Part shown: positions 54,487 to 64,000 of the stretch, one piece after another
Layout of the letters: every line of letters starts with the position of its first letter
Position numbering within the stretch: the stretch's first letter is position 1
Origin: an uncultured Planctomycetaceae bacterium
GTDB taxonomy: Bacteria; Planctomycetota; Planctomycetia; Pirellulales; PALSA-1355
NCBI GenBank assembly: GCA_963785305.1
Contig: CAWAUV010000008.1
Location: forward strand, 704,001 to 768,000
Reading direction: 5' to 3'
DNA length: 64,000 bases
Position numbers and translations under genes: made by a program
Notes under the pieces: generated by a model
Database searches by the model: none
The model's input: the letters and a program-made list of their open reading frames with translations, nothing else
What the model was told of the DNA's origin: nothing

Positions 54487-54584
54487 TGCAACCGTCATTG
54501 ACTGGGCGGTTGCGCGCCGATAACATTCTTCATGCGAGGGCAACATCCTCTCGCGAAAACCACTGGCCGATGGTTGTAAACTCA

Positions 54585-54620
54585 GAAGAAGCCCGCACTG
54601 CTTGCGGGCTTCTTCGTTTT
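54585..54620 (+). terminator. Intrinsic terminator
   Basis: GAAGAAGCCCGCA-ctgct-TGCGGGCTTCTTC-GTTTT. Confidence 0.75.
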
Positions 54621-54824
54621 CGCGGGCGATATCGTCGCCACGCCGCGGCAGCGGCCATCCGCTCCGGCCCGAGGCCGGCCGCCAGCGGCATCCGAGTTCG
54701 CCTTAAAAAAATGTTCGCCGCGCTGTTGGCATTACCATGCTTCATCAAACTCCGCTATCGGCCCACTAATATCTGCTGGCATCGGGCGGATTTTGAAGGC
54801 CGCGAAGGCCTCGCTTCGATCTGC

Positions 54825-56379
54825 TTAGTCGCCGGCCGATGATTCAGGCGGGTCGCCGGAGATGGGTGGCCCGGCCATCGCGAGGCGGGCAAGCGTCACC
54901 GCGGTCGCCAGAAGATCGATGTGCGTCCATACGCCAAGATAGCGTTTGGCGAGCAATAGCAGCGCAAAGCTCTCGGCCGCCACCACAAGCGAATACACGA
55001 CCGCCAGGCCGACGACGCCGAAATGGTGCGCCGCCAGGAATCCGCCCAACGCGATTGCGATCGCCGCGACAAAGTTCACGGCCAGCGCCTTGGCTTGCTG
55101 CCGGGCCATCGTGAGCGCCGTGTGGCAGCTTCCCGCCAAGATCAGTATCGCTTGGCCGACGCCGATCACGACCAAAAGCGGCGCGGCGGCCCGGTAAAAT
55201 TCGCCGAACAGCAGGGCGAGTAGCGGCCCGCCGAGGAACACGATCACACCGAGCGCCGCGAGCGATGGCAGCGCGAATAGAGTGGCGACCACACGAAGCA
55301 TGAATTGCAACTCCCGCCGTCGGCCGCGCGCCGCCAGCGGAGCAATCAAACCGGCGACCAGAAAGTTCGCCATCTGCATCGGAATCGCAACAATCAGCGC
55401 CGTGCGACGGGAGACATTGTAAAGCGCCAAGTCATCGCCCGAAAACTCGAACCCAGCGATCCAGATATCGGCTTGGGCCGAAAAGAACGTCACCACTTGA
55501 ATCAGTAAAAGGACCCTGCACAGGTCCCGCGCTTGCTCGGGCGAAATCACCTCGGGCGAGACGGTGTCTCTCGCGGCGTCGGGCGCCGCGGCATCGAGCA
55601 GTGTACCGTCGACCCGTGCGCCGTCGAAGAGTGCGCCGTCGGGCGATGCGCCATCGGCCGGGCCGACTTCAGTCTTCGAGAATCGATTGCGCCAAGCCCA
55701 GGCGAGCGCTAACCCCGCCACCGGGATCGCGAGCACCAGACCACCGAGCGACAGGAGCAAAGTCGTCCGCAAATCGAGTTGCTTCGCGCGATGCGAGAAG
55801 AAGCAGCCCGAGGAACAAGGCGTTGACCAAGAGGCCCCCGGTTTGTCCGCCGGTGAGCAAACTGGCGAATCGCAGTTCATGCAAGGAACGGAGCGATTCC
55901 GCGGCAAATTGCACCACCGCCAGCGCGATCAGCGACAGCGCGACCAGCACCGCGAGGGAACGATCTCGCGGAATCTGCCACCAATCGGCCACGCTGGGCC
56001 AAAAGAAGATCACGGCCGCCGCCAGGATCAGCGCTCCGCGACCGGCGGTTGCCGAAGCCCACCGCAAAAAACGAGCGGCTTCGCGGTCGCGGCCCGATTC
56101 GAGCGCCTGGGGCACGACACGCAACAGGGCGGCGTTCGTCCCCCGCATCGCGAGCAAACTGCCCAGCGCGGTCACGGTGGAAAGCAGCGAGAAATGTCCC
56201 ATGTCGGCCGGCGGCAGTGTCCGCGCGAGCGCCATTTGCAACAGCATCGCCACGCCAATGCCCGCAACTCGCGACCCGATGACCCATGCCGCGCCATGCC
56301 GCATGCGGTGGCGAAAGTTCCTGATCGAGCTCGCGGCGGCGACAGTAAGCGCACCGTGTTCGCGGCGTCGGGAAGCCAA
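54825..56379 (-). CDS. Polysaccharide flippase (Wzx-like; frameshifted)
   Basis: 'LARTLPPADMGHFSL', 'ESLRSLH', 'LALYNVSRR', 'LFGEFYR.A', many TM segments. TTG start with GAGGAGG RBS. Confidence 0.82.
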
Positions 56380-56425
56380 TGAATGTCCGAGCCTCCTCGG
56401 CGGATGGCGCGCTGCCAGAGCCCGG

Positions 56426-57270
56426 CTACACCGCGCCGGCTCGCGAAAGCACGATCTTGACGGTCGCCGCCAGAATCCGCAGATCGTGCCAGAGCGACCA
56501 ATGGCAAACATAACGCGTATCGAACTCGACCCGTTCGGCATAACTCGTGTCGCTGCGACCCGACACTTGCCACAACCCGGTGATGCCCGGCCGCACAGCC
56601 TGGTAAAACGGAAAATGGTCGCCGTATTTCGCGATTTCGCCTTCGACAATCGGCCGCGGTCCGACAAGGCTCATGTCGCCGCGAATCACATTCCACAGTT
56701 GCGGCAGTTCATCGATGCTGGTCTTCCGCAGCAGGGCGCCGAGCCTTGTGACGCGCGGATCGCGCTGGAGCTTGTGATTGTGGCGCCATTCTTCGGCGAG
56801 CGCCGGATTCTCGGCCAGCAGCGTTTGGAGCATGTGATCGGCGTCGACCACCATGGTCCGAAACTTCCAAGCGCGAAAACGCCGCCCGCCGCGCCGACGC
56901 GCTCGTGGGCAAAAAACGCGGGCCCCGGCGAACCTAGCCGCACGAGCGCCGCCACAAGCACAAAGATCGGCAAACAGCAGAGCCCGGCCGCGAGCGCAAC
57001 GACAAGGTCGAAGCCGCGCTTGGCCCAGGCAGCGGCGCCGGCCGGTCCCAAGTGAGTCGCGGGGTACTGCCGATCGAGCAGGTCTTCGAGGGCGTCGGCC
57101 TCGGAGCGAGGCAAGAATCGCCGGGGCGTCGAGCGCCGATTGTTTCGAGTCGCTTTAATGGATCGTTCCCACAAAGATGCTTCGGATTCGCTCGCGGCGC
57201 ATTCACAAACTCGCCTGCCGCGCGATCGCACCCTTGCGATCCAAAAACCGAGGGCGTCATCGTCGGCCAA
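56426..57270 (-). CDS. Priming sugar-phosphate transferase (WbaP/WcaJ catalytic domain; frameshifted)
   Basis: 'KRGFD', '[35 protein letters not shown]', '[10 protein letters not shown]'. Confidence 0.92.
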
Positions 57271-57607
57271 GGCCGCACTACGCGACGCCGCCCCTCATAA
57301 TCGAGGCTAATTATACCGGCCGTTGCATGCAAGGCATCCCCCCGAGAACGTTCGTCGTTTTCGCCAGAATCGCTGTAAACCGAAAAATGTCAAGGCGAAA
57401 CATATATCGAAACCGCCCGCCGGCCGGGCCAAAATTGCGGATTTCACCGCGGAAACTGTCCACCGGAGGCAAGCGGTGGCGCCCGGCCAATGAACGACGC
57501 GGAAAACCTCGCCCCGCGCCGGCTCTCGTAACGGCCAATCGGCGAATCCCATGAAACGCCTTGGCACGAAGCAAAACTTGAGTTACGATTCAACTTCCTG
57601 GGCACAT

Positions 57608-57683
<76 letters not shown>

Positions 57684-57836
57684 TTTGAATTTCCGCGTAC
57701 AGACGCGCCCAACCGGTTAACGCCCGGCTCCGAGCGATCGGCCGCCGGGCGTTTGGCGTTTCGGGCCTTTCGCCGCAAGGATTTGCGACGACCCCGCCGC
57801 CGCTCCCGGCGCTCTCCGTTTCGAGAGAGATCAATT

Positions 57837-58022
57837 AGGGTCCGAAGGGAACCCCCAAGGTTCGTTTCGGACCCTCGAATCTCGATCCAAAACTCTCCAA
57901 ATCTCTGGTTAACAACCCTCTCGGAGTTAACAAGCCGTTCCCTTTCGGACCCTCGTTTCGTCATCTCGAACTCGCGCCGGGTAGGTTAACAGAGAGAGGC
58001 ATCGCGCACTGCTCGCGATGCC
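57837..58022. repeat. Cluster of inverted/direct repeats at the left end of the integrated element
   Basis: AGGGTCCGAAGGGAAC motif at 57837 (forward) and at 57859 and 57937 (reverse). GTTAAC at 57908, 57926 and 57985. GGCATCGCG..CGCGATGCC hairpin. Confidence 0.7.
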
Positions 58023-58110
58023 GAATGCTCCCGCCAGACAGCGCGCCCGTCGCCAAGCGAAGGTCGCTGTGGGCCACTCCACTGCAATTTTGCGGAAAGC
58101 GAGATGCCCC

Positions 58111-58313
58111 ATGCGACCGATCGACGATCCGACCTTCCTGACGCCCGACGAGCGTCTCTCCGAAGTGGCCGGCATTTTCGCGGCCGGCGTTCTACGCCTC
58201 CGCGCCGAGCGGCGCTCCCGGCCGCCGATCCCGCCCCGGAAATCTCGCCGGAATCCTGGCCGACATGCCTTGAGGTTCCCGCCAAAACCGTGCTCAGTGT
58301 CCACCTGGGTTAA
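58111..58313 (+). CDS. Small protein preceding DUF2924 (one frameshift)
   Basis: 'MRPIDDPTFLTPDERLSEVAGIFAAGVLRL' joined to '...CLEVPAKTVLSVHLG*'. Confidence 0.55.
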
Positions 58314-58346
58314 CGGTTTTCGAGAACTCAAACCAAGGAGAGACGC

Positions 58347-58847
58347 ATGGAACTGAACGTGGGCAAGGAGCTCGCCGCGCTCCAGCGGATGAGCGTCAGC
58401 GAACTGCGGGCCAAGCACGCCGAAGTGTTCGGCGAAGAAACGAACGCCCGCCATAAGCAGTGGCTCGTGCGCCGGATCATCTGGCGAATACAGGCGCAGG
58501 CCGAAGGCGACCTGTCGGACCGCGCCCGCCAGCGGGCCTCCGAACTGGCTAACGACGCGGACCTGCGTTCCTCCGCCCCCAAGGCAACCGTCCGCGCCGC
58601 GGCGCCCGCGCAGCGCGTCGCAACGACGACGCTCGCCGTGGCTGGCGATGATCGCCTACCCATGCCGGGCGCGGTCATCACCCGGCGGTACAAGGACCAA
58701 ACGCTGGAAGTCCGTGTCCTGCCCAAGGGATTCGAGTTCGAGGGCCAGGTCTACAAGTCGCTCAGCGCCGTGGCCAAGAAGATCACCGGCGCCCACTGCA
58801 ACGGCTATTACTTCTTCCGCCTCGGCGGGCAAGGGAGCCCCAAATGA
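58347..58847 (+). CDS. DUF2924 family protein
   Basis: 'LRAKHAEVFG', 'W.IQ...GDLS', 'PG.VITR.YK', 'YKSLSAVAKKITG.H.NG..FF.L'. AAGGAG RBS, ATGA-coupled to the recombinase. Confidence 0.92.
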   Translation: MELNVGKELAALQRMSVSELRAKHAEVFGEETNARHKQWLVRRIIWRIQAQAEGDLSDRARQRASELANDADLRSSAPKATVRAAAPAQRVATTTLAVAGDDRLPMPGAVITRRYKDQTLEVRVLPKGFEFEGQVYKSLSAVAKKITGAHCNGYYFFRLGGQGSPK

Positions 58848-59841
58848 GCAAGGCCAAGACTCGAAACCAGCCAGCGGCGGCCCCGCAGATTCGCTGCGCC
58901 ATCTACACTCGCAAGTCGACCGACGAGGGCCTCGAAAAGGAATTCAATTCGCTCGACGCCCAACGGGAATCGGGCGAGGCGTATATCAAGAGCCAAGAGC
59001 ACGAAGGCTGGCGGTGTCTGCCAGACAGGTACGACGACGGTGGTTTCACCGGCGGCAACATGGACCGGCCGGCGCTCAAACGCCTTATGGCGGATATCGA
59101 GGCCGGCAAGATCGACAGCGTCATCGTGTACAAGGTGGACCGGCTCAGCCGTTCGCTACTCGACTTCGCCAAGATCGTGGAAACCTTCGACCGGCATCGG
59201 ATTTCGTTCGTCAGCGTGACGCAGCTCATCAACACCGCCACATCGTTGGGTCGGCTGATGCTCAACGTCCTGCTTTCCTTCGCCCAATTCGAGCGCGAGA
59301 TCATCTCCGAACGGGCGCGGGACAAAATCGCCGCCGCCCGCCGCAAGGGAAAATGGTCGGGCGGAATGCCGCTGCTCGGATACGACGTGGACACGCAGGG
59401 GTCGAAACTCCTGGTCAACGAAGACGAAGCGGCTCGCGTGCGGGCCATCTTCGAGTTGTACCTGGAGCACCAGTCGATGATCACGACGGTCAAGGAAATC
59501 GACCGGCGGGGCTGGGTCAACAAGCGCTGGACGACCCGCAAGGGGCACGATCGGGGCGGCAAACAGTTCACCAAAACCAGCCTGTACAAACTGCTCACCA
59601 ACGTCGCCTATGCCGGCAAAATCAAATACAAGGACGAGGTCCACAACGGCGAACACGCGGCCGTAGTGAACGCCGACATCTGGCAGCGGGTGCAGTCGCT
59701 GCTGGGTCGCAACGGTCGCACGGGCGGCGCGGAACAAGTTCGGCGCGCTGCTCAAGGGCCTTCTGCACTGCGTTCCGTGCGGCTGCGGCATGTCTCCCAC
59801 GCACTCAACCAAGAACGGCAACAAGCGGTATCGCTACTATG
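58844..59841 (+). pseudogene. Large serine recombinase, truncated in its Zn-ribbon domain by IS66
   Basis: 'CAIYTRKST', 'DRLSRS', 'FAQFEREII.ER'. After a frameshift it reads 'LLHCVPCGCGMS...KRYRYY' up to the IS terminus. Confidence 0.9.
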
Positions 59842-61399
59842 GTAACTGTTAAGCATTTCCTCTTTCCCGAAATTGGGTTTTCGGTCACATTGATTGGATC
59901 ATGGATGATCGAGATCGACGGATCGCCGAGTTGGAAGCGGAAATCGCCCGGTTGCTGGCGGAGAATATCACGCTGCGCAAGCGCGTCGAGCAACTCGAAC
60001 AGCAAGTCCAAAAGTTTCTTCAGCGGCGCAAGAAAACCCGCTCGGCCGCCGATGCGCGGCGTGGCGAACAGGATCGCCGCCGCAAGCAGTTTCGCAAACA
60101 TCCGGGCAGCTTTCGTCCAGAGCCGCCGCCCGGCCCAGCGCATATCGAAATACATAGTATTCATCGAACATGACGTGCATCCGCGAGAGTGTCCGCATTG
60201 CGGCGGCCACGATCTGACCGCCACCGGCGAGTTCGAAGAGCATGAGATGGCGGAGATTCCAGAGCCCAAGCTCGAATGGCATCGGTATCGCCGTCATACC
60301 TACCGTTGCGAACATTGCCAAGCCACCTGCCAAGGACGCGGCGACTTGGAACTGCCCGGCGCCCACATCGGGCCACGCGCGCGCTTGTTGGTCTGCTACG
60401 CGCGGGTTCACCTGGGCATCTCGCTCGGCAAAACGCAACACTTGCTGAAAGACTTCTTTGGTCTTTCGGCCAGCCGGGCCGGATTGCTCGGCCATTTGCG
60501 TTGGGGCGGCGCTTTGTTCGAGCCGGTGGTCGACAAACTCTGGGAACTCTTGCGCAATTCGCCGGTCGTGCAAGGCGATGAGACCGGTTGGCGGATCGAC
60601 GGACTGCCCGCGTGGGCCTGGTGTTTTCGAGACCCGCGCTTGGCATTGTTCCTGATCGATCGTCATCGCAATCGGGCCGTGCTCGAGCGAGCGTTGGGCA
60701 CATCGTTCGCGGGCACGCTGGTCAGCGATTTTTATGCGGTCTACAACGGGCTCGACTGCCGCAAACAGCGCCTGCTTGGTCCATTTGCTTCGCGAGTTGC
60801 ACAAGCTGCGCGAGACGTTGCCGGCGGCGAGCGTGCGGGCCTTCATCCAGCCGTTGATCACGCTGTTTCAAGACGCGATCCGGTTGGGCCACGAGCGCAA
60901 GTCGCTCGGCAAAAAAGCTTTCAACGCGGCCCGACACGAGATTCAAAACCGTTTCGACACGTTGATGCTCGAGAACGCGCGTGCGGCATCGCGAATGTTT
61001 GCGAATCTGGCGCCGGCTGTTCAAGCACTCGGACGAATTGTTCACCTTCCTCGACGATGCGAATGTTCCGGCCGACAACAACGGAACCGAACGCGACATC
61101 CGAAGCCTGGCGGCGGCGAGGAATGATGGCGGCACGCATCGGACCGAATGGAGCGCGGCGGCGTTCGCCCGAATCAAGAGCGTGATCGCGACCGGCGCGA
61201 AAAACGGTTTGAGCTTCGCAAGGTATGGAATCGAAGTCGTGCGCGCTAAATTGCAAGGCAAGACCCTGCCGCTGCCGATCACCAATAGCAGTTAAAACAT
61301 CCGCCACGCGACCCATCCCCGGAAACCCCTCGCCCGCGATCCCCGCCAATATCGCCACCGCCCCCCCGCGCCCAGGCCACGCCACGGCTTAACAGTTAC
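59842..61399. mobile_element. IS66-family insertion sequence (single-ORF type), 1558 bp
   Basis: Perfect 13-bp TIRs GTAACTGTTAAGC / GCTTAACAGTTAC. No flanking duplication. Confidence 0.92.
59901..61295 (+). CDS. IS66 DDE transposase (frameshifted)
   Basis: N-terminal coiled coil, Zn finger 'CPHCG...CEHC', 'GDETGW', 'SDFYAVY', 'CLVHLLR', 'NN.TERDIR'. Confidence 0.9.
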
Positions 61400-62691
61400 G
61401 AAAAAGCGCGCAAACGCATAATAATTACCTAGTGTCAATCAAGCAGTTCACCCGTTGGTTGGTCCGCGAACGGCGAATCGGTTTCGACCCGTTGACCCAT
61501 ATCTCTCGGCAAAACGTGCGGTTAGACCGACGCCACGACCGACGAGCGCTGTCGAGCGACGCATTCGGAAGGCTCGTCGAGGCGGCTCGAACCGGCAAGG
61601 CCATCGAAACGATACCCGGGCCCGACCGGGCGATCTTGTACGTTTTGGCGGCCTGGACCGGGTTTCGGAAGGGAGAGATCGGCAGCCTCACGTGTCGTTC
61701 GTTTCGCCTGGACGAGGAACCCGCGACGGCGACCGTCGCGGCCTGCTATAGTAAGCGCCGACGAGAGGACACTCAGGTGCTCCACCCCGCGTTGGTTGGG
61801 CACTTGAAATACTGGCTTGCGGCCAAAAAAGCTCTCAAGCCCGAAGATCTACTGTTTCCCATTTCGGGCAAAGTGCCCGGCGGAACGGAACGAAAGACGA
61901 ACAAGATGATGCGCCACGATTTGCAAGCCGCCCGTAAGAAGTGGATTGAAGAGGCGAAAGGCAACGCGGAGGAAATGACCCTCCGCGAAAAGTCCGATTT
62001 CCTGTCCTACCAGAACGATGATGGCCTATTTGCGGACTTCCACTCGAACCGGCACATGTTCATCACCAGCCTCGAGCAGGCTGGGCTCTCGCCCAAGATG
62101 GCCCAGACGCTCGCCCGCCATAGCGACGTTCGGCTCACTTTGGGCATCTATACCCACGTTGGCCTGCACGACCAGACTTCGGCCATTGAATCGTTGCCCG
62201 CCCCGCCATCACTTGGCGAGAACGAATCCGAGGCGGCGGCGCTACGGGCGACGGGGACGGAAGGGCCGCTGAACGAGGCTCAAGAGACGCGCCGCGTGGT
62301 GCCCACGGTGGTGCCGTCGGGCGCCGAAATTGGCACCTTTCGGCTCGCATCGGAGACGAACGACCTCGCGCCAAACTACACCGGAGAGGCGGGCGAAGGG
62401 GAAGAGATCGACGCTTCGCGGATCGTCGTAAACCCCAATGGCCCTAGACCGTTTCGCACCGCCCGCGACCAATCTGCATCGCGTCGCACCGTCGCGGGGC
62501 GGGCAAGAAAAGAAATACACCCCAGTGGGCTCGAACCACTAACCTTCGGTTCCGTAGTTTGGGCCTATCTTTTCTTGCAACTCATTTCGTCGTCAGCATC
62601 TTACGGCAAAATCTGCTGCCGCGAAACGACTTCCGTTCTCAAAAATGTTTCGCCAGTTGAGGCCAGTTGCGATTCGGATCAGCCGGATTGA
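61400..62691 (+). pseudogene. Tyrosine recombinase/integrase, N-terminally truncated by IS66
   Basis: Catalytic set 'WTGFRKGE', 'SKRRR', 'DFHSNRH', 'LARHS', 'GIYTH'. The reading frame begins at the IS end. Confidence 0.88.
62516..62557 (-). other. 3' half of tRNA-Arg(ACG): att site
   Basis: Reverse complement CTACGGAACCGAAGGTTAGTGGTTCGAGCCCACTGGGGTGTA gives the anticodon loop, T-arm and acceptor 3' strand. The 5' half is absent. Confidence 0.85.
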
Positions 62692-63168
62692 AGTTCCTTT
62701 TTGAGAATTCTCAAGTGGCATTTCGGGCAATTTGTCACCCAAACCAAGTGTCCATTTGAGCCCCGGACGTATGGCAGTTGTCTGTCCAGGTGCCGTCCCG
62801 AAACACGCGCTTCGTCGCCATAACCGAACACGCCCTCGGCCCGCCGGCCCCTCTCCGACGCCACCCCCGAAAAACGTCCGGCCTGACCTCGCCCCTCACC
62901 GCCGGTTCGATGGATTCGACTCGCAACAGCGCGATTCGATGCAGTGCCGAATTCCAAACCGCCTGATTTTCGCCGGCGCCGCGGTCACTCGGCCCCTCGG
63001 TCCAAGAACTTCATCACCTGATCCAGCCGTCGGTCGTCAATCGCGGCCATCCTCCTGAACAGGTCCGGTCGTTGCAGGACTCGCTTTCGGATCGCGGCGG
63101 GAATTTTCTCGGCCAGCAGCAGCAACTCGTCGGCCTCCGGCAGCAAATGCGCACATCACGGAACGGCA

Positions 63169-64000
63169 TCAGGCAGCATCGTGAGACGTTGGCACGAACC
63201 TGGAGATTGACCGCCGATGCCGAAGCCATACCTTCAGGGCGACGACGGCGCCCAAGATAATCGCGAACACGGGAAGCACAAACGTCCAGGCCGTGTTCTT
63301 TGCCGCTTCAGTGGCGACGGGTTTCACGATGTTTTCCGAAACGGCCTTCGTTAATTCGACAGTTCCGTCAATAAATGGCTGCGGGTTTGCGAGGAACGCT
63401 GCCATAGTTGTTGCGACGGCGAGCCCTCCTTTGTTTTTCCAGATGAACTCCATCGCACGGTCGCCATACTTGCCAGCTACCGCAAGTACCTCGTCAGTCC
63501 GGCCCATTTTGTTCAGCGTGCCGTCGTCCGCCATTATTGCCAATCGACGGCCGTTTCGCGTTGAAATGGCTTTCAATGCTCCTATGGCCGGTTCACCAAA
63601 GGAACTAATAAGCGGCTCTGCGATCTGCCCCTGTTTCATCATCGCTTCGGCTGCGTTGTCGCCATATTTGATGAAGATTGCCATGCGATTCTTTTTTCCG
63701 ACGACCCAAATCGCCTCGTCACCGAAGCGCGCGAGCAACTTCACAGACTTGAGGCCATCCTCGCCAGCCTCCTCAACAAGACGAAAAGTTCTTGGCCCGA
63801 CCTTCTCGACCGCGACCAAGGCATCATCCCCATACTTGGCCGACAGCAATTCCATCTTTCTCGTTAAGCTCTCCAACCCCATCTCCGCGACTTGTTTTCC
63901 AAACTTACGAGAGACGACCTCTGCTGCTTCCTGAACAGCCTTGCTTTCGACTCCCGCCGATACCGCTCCTATTGGAAAGAGCAGATAGATAACTATGGTG
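63169..64000 (-). CDS. Exported alpha-helical hypothetical protein with C-terminal TM (start beyond the window)
   Basis: The frame is open to the window edge ('TIVIYLLFPIGAVSAGVESKAVQEAAE...'), with repeated 'KYGD' units and lower GC. Confidence 0.7.
   Translation of the reverse strand, partial: TIVIYLLFPIGAVSAGVESKAVQEAAEVVSRKFGKQVAEMGLESLTRKMELLSAKYGDDALVAVEKVGPRTFRLVEEAGEDGLKSVKLLARFGDEAIWVVGKKNRMAIFIKYGDNAAEAMMKQGQIAEPLISSFGEPAIGALKAISTRNGRRLAIMADDGTLNKMGRTDEVLAVAGKYGDRAMEFIWKNKGGLAVATTMAAFLANPQPFIDGTVELTKAVSENIVKPVATEAAKNTAWTFVLPVFAIILGAVVALKVWLRHRRSISRFVPTSHDAA

Noticed and set aside
54534..54580. Fluoride (crcB) riboswitch
   Set aside because: It lacks the GGNGATG core and has no downstream sense gene.
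57561..57577. Sigma54 promoter before tRNA-Asn (TTGGCACG)
   Set aside because: No GC at the required -12 spacing.
58648..61185. 845-aa ORF as a recombinase-transposase fusion protein
   Set aside because: The N-terminal half is an off-frame read of the recombinase region. Only the middle portion is real IS66 transposase.

Overview
High-GC window from a Planctomycetota genome, most likely Pirellulales-like. This call rests on DUF1559, DUF1080, DUF3467 and SgcJ-like genes and a fae-mtd pair. Many otherwise intact genes, including cysK, ctaC and cytochrome b, carry single-base frameshifts. These look like long-read indel errors, not pseudogenes. Main content: (1) a 52-aa Zn-ribbon microprotein with a possible sigma54 promoter, upstream of an ABC exporter-DUF1854 fusion; (2) a PhyH dioxygenase-MFS-ArsI/CadI::ArsM-like fusion cluster, a candidate new organoarsenical pathway; (3) housekeeping genes (RRM protein, rimI, mtd, fae, dgkA, gap, lemA/TPM, mtfA, cutA, phhB, cysK); (4) a ~16-kb co-oriented electron-transfer block: caa3 oxidase, cytochrome c, Rieske, cytochrome b::c, CtaG::ferredoxin, an exported FAD oxidoreductase and a 2xFMN/4Fe-4S::ApbE fusion; (5) tRNA-Phe with a ~0.9-kb att-flanked mini-island holding only hicAB; (6) Wzx flippase and priming sugar transferase; (7) tRNA-Asn followed by a DUF2924-serine recombinase element, joined through an IS66 with no target duplication to a truncated tyrosine integrase that ends at a tRNA-Arg(ACG) 3' fragment. 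Non-coding findings: a 160-bp MITE (two copies, 4-bp nTAG duplications, internal REP hairpins), five copies of a 27-28-bp palindrome (often CTAG-flanked), a structured cysK leader and a possible degenerate HDV-like ribozyme. All family calls come from motif recognition by eye. No database searches were run.
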